Shown piece after piece: positions 36,421-47,720 of a DNA stretch of 64,000 nt (the first letter of the stretch is position 1; every line of letters starts with the position of its first letter). This stretch comes from a virus (taxonomy: Duplodnaviria > Caudoviricetes). Position numbers and translations under genes: made by a program. The DNA is taken from IMG/VR virus record IMGVR_UViG_3300021431_000086, positions 1-64,000 of that record. One strand, given 5' to 3'. The notes below the pieces were generated by a model that saw nothing but the letters and a program-made list of their open reading frames with translations, had not been told where the DNA came from and ran no database searches.

Positions 36421-36559
36421 AATTCGACCGCACGAAGCGTTGTCAAGTCCTCTGTGTGACTTTCGGGGTCCTTATCGTAGCCCGACGCTTTTGCGGTCGA
36501 ATTAGTTATGATTGTGTGGGGTGATTCTGTCCTCACAGAGGTTTGACGATGCAAAGATA
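36421..36559 (-). promoter_or_regulatory. Promoter (TATCTTTG, 36552-36559) plus a structured leader with alternative pairings
   Basis: Inverted repeats 36421-36440/36485-36503 and 36442-36456/36534-36547. Confidence 0.7.
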
Positions 36560-36753
36560 AGTATAATTTGTGATAATCCGTGTAAATCGGTGCATATTTT
36601 TTATGTAAGAAGTGCAAATTTGTTGTTAATGTCTCACAGAAAGCACAGAAACAATAAAATGCGGAACGCTTCACAGCGGCCCGCATCCAAAAACATTATA
36701 CATATAAGTGCATTACATTATGTTTCCTTTCATCTCTTAACTCTTAACTATCA

Positions 36754-38571
36754 TCACGCTCCTTCTCCGGCCACGGTTTCCTTCGTCCCTGTCTTCGAGG
36801 CATCCAGCGTCGTGAACGTCTGTTGCATCACCACGGGGCGGCAATGGCGGTCGTAGCGGTTGAAGGTGCAGACATCGCGGAGGAAACGGAGGTAGGCACG
36901 TTGGCGCACGTTGAGCAGTTGCTGCTTCATCAGGCGTATCTCTCGGAGTGCCGTGCCGCCGTTGGAGGCACTGACCATCGGCACTCCGATGTCGCGTGGG
37001 TCAACGCCGAAGGCAAGGAAGATGGGTGAGGTGGAGAGTTCCAGCTCCTCCTTGCCGGCCTTGGTCACGTCGCTCTTTGTCTGTGCCACATCCACAATCT
37101 CGATGTTGTGGTGTTCCTTCTCATCCTGTCCCAGCCACATGAACTGGCGCATCATCTTACCGTTGTTCTCGCGCTGCTGCAGGAACTGCTCTACATTCTG
37201 GTCCAGTTCGTCGATGAACTTCTCCTGCTCTTCCTTGTCGCCCTCAATGCCTTTATCGGCAAAAATCATATTGAGGTAGTCAAGCGAGATATAGATGATT
37301 TTTCCCCACGAGGTTGAGTTCTCACGCTGCTTGGCCTTGTCAAAGAGGATGGTTGAAGAGAAGTCATAAGCCTTGGAGAGGATGATGCTCCACCAGTCGG
37401 GCTGCTGGTAGTAGTTTTGTGTGCCGTAGTAGATAGGGCATGTCACCCATACGGGGCGGTTTTTAATGTGTGTGCGCTGGTTCGACTCCACCTGGTAGCG
37501 CCACTCCTCCAGTCTGCGCGTCGCTTCCGCCACGGGGTACATCACCACGTCCTCATCCCTTCCGCTCACGGTGTGTCCCTCCGTCAGGGTGTTGCCTCGG
37601 AACTTCTCCCCGAAGTAGATGTTCTGAATGTGCCGGTACTCGTTCATCACTTCATACCGTATGCCGCCATGCACGATGCTGAGGAAACCGATGCGCACGA
37701 TTCGTGGGTCCCACTGTCCGCGCCGTCCGCGCTCGAAGCCCACCGTGGGGAAGTAGAGGTCAAACATCTGGTCCTCCTTCATGCACTGCAGGAAGTTCAG
37801 GTCGAGGTCGTTGTTCTCCAGAAACTCGCGCAGTCCGGGTATGTGTCGCGGCGTGCTGTCGGCGTAGGTGGTGTCCTCGCCCTCCCATGTGCGCTGCCAT
37901 TCGCGGTAAGCATCGCGCCAGTAGTCGATGCCTATTCCACGTAGCAGCGGGTCGGGACGTTTCTCCTTGTCCAGTTCGCCGATGGGCACAATGCGCTGCG
38001 TGTCGGGTTCCTTGGCGAAGTCGCCGCCGTAGGTGTCCTGCGGCTCGTCCTTCTTCAGTGCTTCTATGCGTTGCAGGATGCGGTAGCCGGCATGTTCGTA
38101 GAGACACATCGTTTCATCCTCAAACTGATACATCATCCTCACGCCCAGTCCCGTGGCGAGGTCGGAGAGATAGCGGAGCGGAGCCGCAGTGTATGGCAGT
38201 GCCTTCGAGAGCGCGTAAATCTGTGAGGGCAGGTTGTCGCCCGCGCCCCATTTGATGTAGCCGCGTCCCAGCGGTTTGCCGTCCTTGCTGATGGTGGTGG
38301 GCGTCTTCTCGCTGCTATCGAAACTCCATGCTACCTTTGCCAGAGGGCCGTTGCTGATGGTGCCCCTGCCGCCCATACAGGTTGCCATGTCCTGTGCCTG
38401 TGTCTCCGACGTGTCGCGGTCGCCCAGCGTAATGCTGTGTAGCAGTCCCGGTCGCAGTGCGTCGATGGCGATGTATCGCCTTTGGTTGAGTTCCTGATTG
38501 AGATTCCTGAACTCATTCATGTCCTTCGGACGATGTACGGGTATGCCACCGCCATTCTTATTCTTCGCCAT
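36754..38571 (-). CDS. Portal protein
   Basis: YIKWGAGDNLP, YYQQPDWWSI, FAFGVDP-like and GTALRE motifs; 605 aa. Confidence 0.8.
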   Translation of the reverse strand: MAKNKNGGGIPVHRPKDMNEFRNLNQELNQRRYIAIDALRPGLLHSITLGDRDTSETQAQDMATCMGGRGTISNGPLAKVAWSFDSSEKTPTTISKDGKPLGRGYIKWGAGDNLPSQIYALSKALPYTAAPLRYLSDLATGLGVRMMYQFEDETMCLYEHAGYRILQRIEALKKDEPQDTYGGDFAKEPDTQRIVPIGELDKEKRPDPLLRGIGIDYWRDAYREWQRTWEGEDTTYADSTPRHIPGLREFLENNDLDLNFLQCMKEDQMFDLYFPTVGFERGRRGQWDPRIVRIGFLSIVHGGIRYEVMNEYRHIQNIYFGEKFRGNTLTEGHTVSGRDEDVVMYPVAEATRRLEEWRYQVESNQRTHIKNRPVWVTCPIYYGTQNYYQQPDWWSIILSKAYDFSSTILFDKAKQRENSTSWGKIIYISLDYLNMIFADKGIEGDKEEQEKFIDELDQNVEQFLQQRENNGKMMRQFMWLGQDEKEHHNIEIVDVAQTKSDVTKAGKEELELSTSPIFLAFGVDPRDIGVPMVSASNGGTALREIRLMKQQLLNVRQRAYLRFLRDVCTFNRYDRHCRPVVMQQTFTTLDASKTGTKETVAGEGA

Positions 38572-38596
38572 AGTCTTTCGTGTCTATGTTTTTGGT

Positions 38597-38709
38597 CACA
38601 AGATAGCCCATGAGAGCCGCGAGGTCAAGGGCAAGCGCGGGAGCAAAGACTGAGTGCCTTTGGTTTTGCGCTTGCCCTTGATTTCGCGTGTCGGTCGGAG
38701 TATCTTGCA
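38597..38709. promoter_or_regulatory. Divergent pair of late-promoter motifs (portal leftward; neck/tape-measure operon rightward)
   Basis: GCGCTTGCCCTTGA-N19-TATCTTG on both strands. Confidence 0.75.
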
Positions 38710-38729
38710 GACAAAAAGCACACACCGAT

Positions 38730-39293
38730 ATGTTCTCATTCTTCCGTCGCAAAACGTACGGCAACGAGCCGAAGGCCGATGCCGCACCGCAGCCCCTCCG
38801 CATCGAGGGCATTCCCGAAGCACCGTTCACACCAGAGCCGGACGATGCCGAACTGGCAGCACAGGCCGTGCTCGAGCTGATGACCCGGGGCGGTCAGAGT
38901 AATCGGAATACTCCGAGTAATCAGAGTACTCCGAATACTCAGAATAATCCGACTGCTCAGACCACCGCCTACTACCGCGCCCTCGCCTCCCGCATCCGCG
39001 AGGCACACGCGAAGGCAGCGCGGCAGGCAACACGGTTCATCTACAACTGCGAACTGGAACTCCAAAAGCCACGTCTGCCGCTCTACGGCAGCGGCTCGGT
39101 GCAGATGCTGGAGACGGAACTCTACAAACGCATCGACATCATCGAGCGCGAGGGCGGCGAGCTGAAACTGCGCTGGCAGCACTGCCTCGCAGAAGTGACG
39201 GTCAGGCTGATGAACTCGGAACCACCAACATCAGAGAATGAGGTCACACAGGAAGCACAGAAAACACGGAAGGGTTTTGCCAAACACGGATGA
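38730..39293 (+). CDS. Hypothetical phage protein
   Basis: ORF after the late promoter, containing an in-frame 9-mer repeat. Confidence 0.65.
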   Translation: MFSFFRRKTYGNEPKADAAPQPLRIEGIPEAPFTPEPDDAELAAQAVLELMTRGGQSNRNTPSNQSTPNTQNNPTAQTTAYYRALASRIREAHAKAARQATRFIYNCELELQKPRLPLYGSGSVQMLETELYKRIDIIEREGGELKLRWQHCLAEVTVRLMNSEPPTSENEVTQEAQKTRKGFAKHG

Positions 39294-39324
39294 CTTATAA
39301 TCTTTCTGTTTAACAAGAGCACAC

Positions 39325-39894
39325 ATGGCTGTATCACTACTCAGAGATTGGCAGGGACCCGACCGCTACGGCGACGACTTGCTGCTTTTCCACTTCGACT
39401 GGCGCGATGAGCGCGTTATGCGGTGGATAGAGAAATTGCCCGAAATCGGACTGAAGAACTCGCGCGAGAACGTGAAGCGACAGGGCATCGAGAGCAAGGG
39501 GGCGCACAAGGGTACGCTGCTCCGCTCGCTGGCATGGAAGACGTGGGCAGTGAGCGGCGGCGATGCGCAGGTGTTCGAGGCTCGCTATCAGTATTACGCC
39601 AAATTCGTGGAACTGGCTGTGGGAAGGGGCGAACCGTTCAAGCAACTGCCTCCGAACATTCCTGGTCCGAAGTGGCAACCCATCACCATGCCCGACGGAC
39701 GACGGCGAAAGGCGCGTCCGCACGTCGTCACGGAGATGCGCACCCAAGCCCGCAAGTTCTCCACCATGCTGCGCCGTCACTTCTCCTTCGTGGGTCTGAC
39801 GTACATGGCCTATGCGATGGGCGACAACAAGGCTGCCGCCGACACTGTGAACCGTATGCTCCTGGAGCCGGAGACCGACCAGCGGCGATTCTAA
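39325..39894 (+). CDS. Putative neck/tail-completion protein (HK97 gp10-like)
   Basis: GTLLRSL...YAKFVELAVGRG...RRRKARP. Confidence 0.55.
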   Translation: MAVSLLRDWQGPDRYGDDLLLFHFDWRDERVMRWIEKLPEIGLKNSRENVKRQGIESKGAHKGTLLRSLAWKTWAVSGGDAQVFEARYQYYAKFVELAVGRGEPFKQLPPNIPGPKWQPITMPDGRRRKARPHVVTEMRTQARKFSTMLRRHFSFVGLTYMAYAMGDNKAAADTVNRMLLEPETDQRRF

Positions 39895-39921
39895 GACACA
39901 TAACATACACATATTCGATAT

Positions 39922-42900
39922 ATGGCGACACGACACGAAATCACCAGTATTCAGTTTAAGGCCGATGCGGGCAAAGCCAATGCAGCCATCGACAGCATAC
40001 GTCAGAAAGCCAAGGAAGCCAACGACCAGATGACGCAACTGCGGCAGAAGTTGGAGGAGGGCAGAAAAGCCAACCTCCCCACCGAGGACTTGGCAAAGAT
40101 GGAAGCCCAACTGAAATCCGCCACTAAGGAGGCGAAGCAGTGGGGCGATGCCCAGCGCAACCTCATGCGAGGCGTGAAGGCGCTGGACGAAGCCATCATC
40201 CAGTTCAACCGTGGGCAGGGCTCGGTCGAGAAGATGTCGGCTGCACTCAGCAAGGCGGCACGCAATGCGGCGCAGTTACAGCAGAGCCGCATGGAGCGCG
40301 GGTCGCAGGGCTGGCAGGAGATGGAAGCACTCATCACGGCCTTGGATAAGAACCTGGTGAAGGCGCGGCAGGACTTCGACGGGCTGGTGCAGACCATCGA
40401 GCAGGGCGGACGTGTCAGTGTGTCGGAACTCTCGTCGGCCAAGCAGTCGCTGAAGGAACTCAGCGACCTCACGGCGTATGGCTCCGACGAGTGGAAGCAG
40501 TATCAGGCACAACTCAATACCGTCACAAAACGCTTCGACTCTCTCTCCCAGACCGAGAAGCGGCTGGCAGGGGAGATTGTCACCGTGGAGGATGCACGGA
40601 AGAGGGCGGCGGCGGCTGATGCAGACGAAGCACGATGGCGTGAGATATTGGCTGAGCGTTCCAAGCAACAGGCTACTGCCGACCGTGAACGCGCTGAGGG
40701 CGCACTGCAAATTGCTAAGACAAACACGGCATGGATCGAGCAGGATATTGCCAAGACGAAGGAGCAGTTGGCGGCACAGCAGCAGTTGGTCGGCTCTATC
40801 GAGGCGTTGGAGGATGCCGAGTCGCAAGCCATGAGCAAGACTATGGCGGCTGAGACGGCCCTGCAAAAGCAACGCGAGGAAACCAACAAGTTCTCCGATG
40901 CCACATGGGAGGCAGCTAAAAAGGTGGGAGAACTGGAGGCGAAGCTGAAAGAGTTGGAGGCGCAGCAACAATCCGTCTCTACCGACCAGCAGAAAGCCGA
41001 GGTTCAGCAGCAGCTCGCCGAGGCGCAGACAAAGCTCAACGAGGCAAAGATCGCCGCCGAAGGTCCTACCAAGGCACTGAAAGAGGCAGAAGAAGCATAC
41101 ACCGAAGCGCAGAAGAAGGAACAGGAAGCCACCGATGCATTGAACAAGGCGCGTGGGAACATGAATCTGGGCGAAGAGGAACAGAAACTCGAAGCCCTGG
41201 AGCGACAGCACGACGACCTGACGGAATCGCTACAAAAGCAGAAGCAGGCCGAGCAAGAACTGGCTGAGAACGCCGCCGACACACGACTGAAGGAACAGGA
41301 GGCTGTCATCGAACTGGCTCAGGCGCAGAACCAGAGCGAGGAGAGCCTGAAGAAGTCCGTAGAGGTGCTGGAGCAGCAGAACAAGACCTTGAAGGCCGGC
41401 TCAGCCGAATGGATGGAGAACGAACAAGCCATCGGCAAACTGAACAAGCGTATCGAGGAACTGAAACAGCAGTCGCAGGAGTTACGCGGTGAAGTGATGT
41501 CCCTCGCCGAAGCCGAGGAGTTGGCAGACAAGGCGATGGAGGAACAGGCGCTGACCACCAAGACGGGGTGGGCGGCGAGCACCGAGGAACTGAAACGTGC
41601 GGAGCAGACGCTGGCCGACAAGGTGGCGAAGGCAAAGCGCGGCACAGCAGAGGAGGAAGCGGCGTATCAGAAGTTGGTGCGCCAACTGCAAGCCGTGCGC
41701 ACGGAACTGGGTGCCGGCAGCATGAGTGGCAAGCAGATGATGGACGTGCTCAGCAACCCCAAGAACGTGACGAGCGTCGATACACTGAAGGCCGCCATCG
41801 GTCGTGCCCGTCAGGAACTCGATGCCCTCGGACGACGTATCGACCAGGCACGGATGGATGGACACACCAAGAAGGCGGAAGAACTCGCAGAGGCTTATGA
41901 TGACATTGCAGAGGGCGCGAAAAACGCCGACCAGCGCATGAAGGAACTGCAAGCCCAAAGTAAGGGCACTGCCTCTGCCTTCGACAAGGCGTGGAGCCGA
42001 CTGAAGACCTACGTGGGTCTGTACGTCGGTGCTGCCGTGGCGATGCAGAAACTTTCTCAGGCGATGGGCGACCTGATGACACTCTCGGACAAGATGGGTG
42101 AGGTGCGTAAGACCACGGGCTTCACCGCTGACGAGGTGGGACGGCTGAGTGGAAACCTGGCGAAGTTGGACACCAGAACTACGCTCACGCAACTCATGGA
42201 GCTGTCATCGCTGGCCGGTTCTGTCGGTCTGAAGACGCAGGAGCAGGTGCAGGGCTTCACCGAGGCTGCGGACCAACTGATTGTTGCTTTGCCCGAACTG
42301 GGTAACGAGAGCGCCCGCACGATTATCAAGATAGCAAATGCCACGGGCGACTTGGAGAAAAACGGTGGCGATGTGCGTGAGACGCTGGAGAAGGTGGGTT
42401 CTACCATCATCGCCCTGCGTGCCAACTCGGCTTCTGCTGCCGGACCTATCACCGACTTCGTGAGTCGCGTCGGTGCCGTGGGTGCCCAGGCGGGTATCAG
42501 CATTGACCAGATTGCTGCCCTCGGCAGTACGATTGATGCGCTGGGCGGTCGCGTGGAGATGTCGGCAACAGCACTCTCGCGTATGATTCCTGCCATCAAG
42601 AACAACTCCTTCGCCATCGCCAACAGCATCGGCGTGACGGAGAAGTACCTGAAGAGCCTGGCACCGATGGAGCAGATGGTGCTCATCTTCCAAAAGATGC
42701 GCGACAACATCCAGCACATCGACACCTCGACAGAGGAGGGCATGAACGCTATGGCCGACAACGTGGAAGCCATGCTGGGCAAGAACGCCACCATGCGCGA
42801 GGTGATGAAAGACCTCGAACAGCAGGGAGCCCGCGCCGGCATCGTCTTCGGTCTGCTCTCGCAGAACGTGGACGAACTGGAGAAGCAACTCGGCATCGCC

Positions 42901-45900
42901 TCGGAAGCCTACCGTGAGAACACGGCACTGGCGAATGAGTTCAACAACATGAACGAAACGACGGCTGCGAAGTGGGAGAGGTTGAAGAACCAGGTGGAGG
43001 AAATGTTTGTAGGGGACCAAGCACAGAGGTTTTTAGGGACTATCATAGATGGATTGCGTACCATCATCGACCTGCTGACGGGACCCATGAAGTCCACCAT
43101 CATTTGGTTTACTCTTACTTTCGGTACGCTAAAGATAGGTTTGGGTCAGGCACTGGCTTCAATCCCCGTTGCGCTGAACAAGGCACGCGCATCGGCAACG
43201 GGTTTCTTCACGCCCGTGCTGACAGGACTGAAAGCGCTGCTCTTCCATCTCGGTCTGACCAACAGAGCCCTCGCCGCAGGTGCCTTGGAGTGGCGCAAGA
43301 TGGATGCCGCCATGAAGCAGAATGTGATGGGGTTGGCAGCCACAGCTATCGCCGTCATCGTATATAAGCTGGTGGAATGGAAGAAAGCCATCATAGACGT
43401 GCAAAAGGAACTGGGCAAATGGGCTGCGGAAATCGTGCGGTCGGAGAAAGCGGTGAACGACCAGTTCAAAGCCGTGGATCAGGCATCGGCCTCCATCGAC
43501 GAAGCCAAGAAGAAAGTGGAGGCAGCACGCGCCGCACTGGAGAAGGCCCGCAAGGAAATGAACGGCTCGAAGGAGAGCGCCGAACGGCTGAAGAAGGCCG
43601 AGGACGACTTGAAGATGGCCGAAGACGAGCTGCGCAGCGCCAACGACAAGCACACCAACAGCATACGCGCCATCAACAAGATGTATGGCGAGTATCTGGG
43701 ATTCATGCTCAGCGAGATTTCATCGGCCCAGGAACTGGCCAATGCGCGAGAACTCATCAATGCCAAGATACGTGAGACTATCACACTGAAACGCAGGGAA
43801 GCCGCCATCAGTCGTGTGGAGGAGGAAGGGGGTGCCGGTCGCGACGAAGCCTACGGCGCACTCAGTCAAGCCCTACGCGGTGCCAAGCGCACGAAGAGCA
43901 CCATCAACGGCAGAGAGGTGTGGACGAACGACGAAACGGCGGGCGCCGAACTACTGAAACAAATCACTGAGCTGGCACAGGCCGAGAAGATGACTGCCGA
44001 CCAGGTGGAGAAAGCACTGGCTAATGCCGGTCTGAATATCTTGGAAAAAGGTTACAACGGCAAGCAGCGCATCAACGCCTACGGAGCCAACCTGCTCAAA
44101 CTTGTGATGAACTACCGCAAGGAGTACATGAACGTGGAGCAACAGGTGAAGGACGTGGAATCGCAGTTCAATGCACAGCTGTCCGTTGACCGCAAGGAAT
44201 CGCAGAAGGAGTTGGGAGAGCAGTACGACGAAAGCGTCAAAACCTACCGCAAGCTGGAGAGTGGCTACGTCAAGGCAACAGGCGAAGCGCGAAAGAAGGC
44301 CGCTGCCGACCTGCTGAAACAAGCCGACACGCTGGAAGGCATGATTGCCGCCGCACCCACCTACTACGACCTGCGGAACGAGGACGAAAAGAAGGCTTAC
44401 GAGCAGTTTGTCAAAGACTCACGACGGCGCATCAACGGCATCAACAAACAGCGTGACGCCTTGCTCAAAGAGGCTGGCAATCTCTACACACCACAGGCAG
44501 GAGGCAACGGCTCCGGCGGAAACGGCGGTGGCGGTGGCACCAACCCCTACGGCTCCTACAACCGCGTGACCTCTCCCTATCAGGACTGGGATGCCGATGC
44601 CCTCGTCTCGCGCCGCAAGGAGATGCTGGAGCGTGTGCGGGCGTTGGCGAATGGTGCCGACGTGCAGGCGGTACTCTCCGAGGATGCCAAATTCATCACC
44701 GAAGCCACACGCAACAACATCAAGACGACGCGGGATGCGATTGAGTGGTACAACACCGAGCGTCTGAAAATACAGGATGCGCTGCATGAGAAACACCTCA
44801 CGAACACCGGCGACTGGATGGACCCGACGGGTCGCAAGAAGCGCGAGAAGACCATCAAGGACGAGTGGAGTGCGTACCTGAACGAACTGGATGCCTACTA
44901 CACGGAGCGCAAGACGCGCATTCAGGAGGCAGCCACGGAGGAGGGTATCACGGAGGCCGAGATGAAGAACCGCACGCTGGCCAACGAAATGGAATGGCAC
45001 CAGCGCAGGGCGGAGTTGCAGAAACTCTATGCACGGAAGAGCGGCGAGGTGACGGAAGAGGAACAGCAAGCCATCTTCGACATTCTCAGCGAACGCACGG
45101 GCGACACCGCCGACTTCATACAGAAGACCATCGGCAAGACGGTGAAGTTCATCTACGACATCGGCAAGCACAGCGAGGCAGAGATGCGCAGCATCTTCGG
45201 CAAACTGGACAAAGGCATCGAGCGCGACTACCTGAAGCAGCAGCAGGCCGTGACCACGCAGATGAAGGCTATCCGCGACATCATCGAGAAGGAACGGCCC
45301 TACGACGGTATCACGCGCAACCTGCGCGAGAACCTGGTGACGATGGGCATACTGACGGCCGACATGACCGCCGAACGCAACCGCCTGATGCGCGAGAACG
45401 CCGACATGAGCGACTTCAACAGCCGACAGGCTGCCGAGGAACTGAAGCGCACGGCCTTCATGCTGGGCGAGGCAGAGCACGCCTACTCAACGACCATCGA
45501 GGAGGTGATGCGCCACATGGGCGAGCAAGGCATGCAGGCCTGGGCCGACGCCATCCGTGGGGACACCCAGATGCAGCAGGCACTCATGGCGCAACTGCGC
45601 ACGGCCTACGACGAGATACAGAACGCCATCAAGAAGGAGGCGTCGCTCATCAAGAAGCAGACCGACATCTGGTGGGCCGACATCGCAGAGGGACAGACGC
45701 AGAGCCGACGCGACGGCTTCGAGAAGGCACTGAGCCGACTGGGACTGGCCGAGGACCAGGTTAAGCGGGCCAACAGTCTGATAGGTGCTGGACAGGCCAG
45801 CGAGCGCGTGGCCGATCGGCTTGCCATCAAGCAGATGCAGGTGCGGCTGGCCATGCAGATGACCTACTACAACCGTATGCGCCAGATTGGCGAGGAGCGC

Positions 45901-47649
45901 ATAGCGCAACTGAAAGCCGAAGGCCGGTTGGAGGATGCCGAGCACCTGCGCCGCTCGCTGAACCTGGCCAAGACGGAGGAACTGAAGAAGCTGGAAGAGC
46001 AGCGCGTGGCCATCGCCAACCAGATGGAGGAGTCGCAGAACCGCCTCTACACAGCGCTGCGCGAATGGGCTGGTCTGCTTACCTCTTCCCTGCAAAGCGT
46101 CTTCGAGGCGAGCCATGCGGGGGATGCGGAGTACTATAATGAACTGGCAAAACTGAACTTAACGGGCAAAGGCGGACCAGGTGCCGGCACGTATGTAATC
46201 ATAGACAATGCCGGAACCAGCAAGGCTACGGCTCATTATGAGTATCTTGATGAATTTGAGGCCCTGGAACGACAGCGTGAGATAGAACGCCATAATGCAC
46301 AGGCAGAAGCCTGGAAAAAGGTGATGGACGACATCAACATGAGGATGAGCGAAACCATCACGGATCAGTTGAATGCCATGCTGCAGAACGCGAGCGTGGA
46401 TGCGAATACGGATGCCACGCTGGCAAACACGCGGGCGATACTGGGCCTCACAGAAAAGATTGGAGGTCAAGCCAAAGGCGGCGAAGGTATAGACACCTCG
46501 TCAGGAACCGGCATGGGGCTGGAATCTGGAGGCGTAACAGGCAGTGGAGGTGAGCGCACGGGCGACATTGGACTTCCTCCCTCTGTATCTGATGCCGACC
46601 CCGCATCCTTCGAGCGTTACGTGCAGTGGGTGCAAACCTATAACGGAGGGCAGGAAAAGATGCGCCAGAAGACCGAGGATACGAATCAGAAAATCACCGC
46701 CAGCACACAGTCTGCATTCGCCAAGATGACACAGGCCGCCAACCTCTACGGCATTGCTTACCAAGCCATGAGTAACGACAATCTGAGTGCTGCACAGAAG
46801 TTCGGTATGATTGCCGTGCAGACCGCAGGACAGGCCGCAATTACATCGCTGACGGTTAGTTTGTCGCAGCAACAAGGTCAAGCGGCGGCAGACCTGCCTG
46901 GCGTATTGGGCAAAATTTATAAGGAGTTGGGACCCATTGGCGGCTCGATAGTATTCGCAGCCTTTACCGGTTTGCTTGGAGGGCTGATGGGCCTGGCTGC
47001 ATCCAAGATAGCCAAGTCGAAAAGTCAGATTGCGCAGGCCACCGGTGCAAGTGGGGCTAACGCTGGCAGACTCACTACCGGCATGCTTACCTACGCCGAG
47101 GGCAACGTCAACGAATTTACGGACCCGGCTTCCTTACAGGTTGGCCGGCAGTACAACGTGGATGCTGCCGACGGAAAGACCTACCGCGCCCGCTACATGG
47201 GGCGCAACCCACGGACCCACCTCACCAACGGTCCTGAGTTTCACCTTGCAGGGGAGGCAGGCCGTGAGATGATTATCGACGCCGGCACCACCCGCCAAAT
47301 CACGATGAACGAGGCCGAGATATGGCACGTCATACAGACCCTGAGCGGCGGCGGACGCATCGCCGCCACACGTCGCAGGGGTAGGGGAGTGAGAGCCTTT
47401 GCAGATGGCAACCTCGATGAAATCATGGAGGACTATGGGGCTAATGGGGCTAATGAGACCTATGGGTCGGGCATGAGTGCCGAGCAGATGGCAGCCTTGC
47501 AGACAAGTATCGACCGACAGAGCGACCTCCTGCAACGCGCCCTCGACGAGGGCATCCGTGGCGTCTTCAACGTCTATGGCAAGGACGGACTGGTGGACAG
47601 CTATGACAGAGGAAAGAAAACCCTGAACAGGTATGGGGAAAGATACTAA
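39922..47649 (+). CDS. Tail tape measure protein (2575 aa)
   Basis: Long coiled coil; TMP core (EVRKTTGFTADEV...LDTRT...NETTAAKWERLKN); C-terminal YAEG/AGEAGREMII/FADG. Confidence 0.92.
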   Translation: MATRHEITSIQFKADAGKANAAIDSIRQKAKEANDQMTQLRQKLEEGRKANLPTEDLAKMEAQLKSATKEAKQWGDAQRNLMRGVKALDEAIIQFNRGQGSVEKMSAALSKAARNAAQLQQSRMERGSQGWQEMEALITALDKNLVKARQDFDGLVQTIEQGGRVSVSELSSAKQSLKELSDLTAYGSDEWKQYQAQLNTVTKRFDSLSQTEKRLAGEIVTVEDARKRAAAADADEARWREILAERSKQQATADRERAEGALQIAKTNTAWIEQDIAKTKEQLAAQQQLVGSIEALEDAESQAMSKTMAAETALQKQREETNKFSDATWEAAKKVGELEAKLKELEAQQQSVSTDQQKAEVQQQLAEAQTKLNEAKIAAEGPTKALKEAEEAYTEAQKKEQEATDALNKARGNMNLGEEEQKLEALERQHDDLTESLQKQKQAEQELAENAADTRLKEQEAVIELAQAQNQSEESLKKSVEVLEQQNKTLKAGSAEWMENEQAIGKLNKRIEELKQQSQELRGEVMSLAEAEELADKAMEEQALTTKTGWAASTEELKRAEQTLADKVAKAKRGTAEEEAAYQKLVRQLQAVRTELGAGSMSGKQMMDVLSNPKNVTSVDTLKAAIGRARQELDALGRRIDQARMDGHTKKAEELAEAYDDIAEGAKNADQRMKELQAQSKGTASAFDKAWSRLKTYVGLYVGAAVAMQKLSQAMGDLMTLSDKMGEVRKTTGFTADEVGRLSGNLAKLDTRTTLTQLMELSSLAGSVGLKTQEQVQGFTEAADQLIVALPELGNESARTIIKIANATGDLEKNGGDVRETLEKVGSTIIALRANSASAAGPITDFVSRVGAVGAQAGISIDQIAALGSTIDALGGRVEMSATALSRMIPAIKNNSFAIANSIGVTEKYLKSLAPMEQMVLIFQKMRDNIQHIDTSTEEGMNAMADNVEAMLGKNATMREVMKDLEQQGARAGIVFGLLSQNVDELEKQLGIASEAYRENTALANEFNNMNETTAAKWERLKNQVEEMFVGDQAQRFLGTIIDGLRTIIDLLTGPMKSTIIWFTLTFGTLKIGLGQALASIPVALNKARASATGFFTPVLTGLKALLFHLGLTNRALAAGALEWRKMDAAMKQNVMGLAATAIAVIVYKLVEWKKAIIDVQKELGKWAAEIVRSEKAVNDQFKAVDQASASIDEAKKKVEAARAALEKARKEMNGSKESAERLKKAEDDLKMAEDELRSANDKHTNSIRAINKMYGEYLGFMLSEISSAQELANARELINAKIRETITLKRREAAISRVEEEGGAGRDEAYGALSQALRGAKRTKSTINGREVWTNDETAGAELLKQITELAQAEKMTADQVEKALANAGLNILEKGYNGKQRINAYGANLLKLVMNYRKEYMNVEQQVKDVESQFNAQLSVDRKESQKELGEQYDESVKTYRKLESGYVKATGEARKKAAADLLKQADTLEGMIAAAPTYYDLRNEDEKKAYEQFVKDSRRRINGINKQRDALLKEAGNLYTPQAGGNGSGGNGGGGGTNPYGSYNRVTSPYQDWDADALVSRRKEMLERVRALANGADVQAVLSEDAKFITEATRNNIKTTRDAIEWYNTERLKIQDALHEKHLTNTGDWMDPTGRKKREKTIKDEWSAYLNELDAYYTERKTRIQEAATEEGITEAEMKNRTLANEMEWHQRRAELQKLYARKSGEVTEEEQQAIFDILSERTGDTADFIQKTIGKTVKFIYDIGKHSEAEMRSIFGKLDKGIERDYLKQQQAVTTQMKAIRDIIEKERPYDGITRNLRENLVTMGILTADMTAERNRLMRENADMSDFNSRQAAEELKRTAFMLGEAEHAYSTTIEEVMRHMGEQGMQAWADAIRGDTQMQQALMAQLRTAYDEIQNAIKKEASLIKKQTDIWWADIAEGQTQSRRDGFEKALSRLGLAEDQVKRANSLIGAGQASERVADRLAIKQMQVRLAMQMTYYNRMRQIGEERIAQLKAEGRLEDAEHLRRSLNLAKTEELKKLEEQRVAIANQMEESQNRLYTALREWAGLLTSSLQSVFEASHAGDAEYYNELAKLNLTGKGGPGAGTYVIIDNAGTSKATAHYEYLDEFEALERQREIERHNAQAEAWKKVMDDINMRMSETITDQLNAMLQNASVDANTDATLANTRAILGLTEKIGGQAKGGEGIDTSSGTGMGLESGGVTGSGGERTGDIGLPPSVSDADPASFERYVQWVQTYNGGQEKMRQKTEDTNQKITASTQSAFAKMTQAANLYGIAYQAMSNDNLSAAQKFGMIAVQTAGQAAITSLTVSLSQQQGQAAADLPGVLGKIYKELGPIGGSIVFAAFTGLLGGLMGLAASKIAKSKSQIAQATGASGANAGRLTTGMLTYAEGNVNEFTDPASLQVGRQYNVDAADGKTYRARYMGRNPRTHLTNGPEFHLAGEAGREMIIDAGTTRQITMNEAEIWHVIQTLSGGGRIAATRRRGRGVRAFADGNLDEIMEDYGANGANETYGSGMSAEQMAALQTSIDRQSDLLQRALDEGIRGVFNVYGKDGLVDSYDRGKKTLNRYGERY

Positions 47650-47689
47650 CCCATTTACGATTTGACGATTTACAATTTACATTTTTTGA

Positions 47690-47720
47690 GAAGGGCTGCG
47701 CATTGCGTGGCCTTTTTCTT
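47690..47720 (+). terminator. Terminator after the tape measure gene
   Basis: AAGGGCTGCGC/GCGTGGCCTTT followed by a T tract. Confidence 0.55.
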
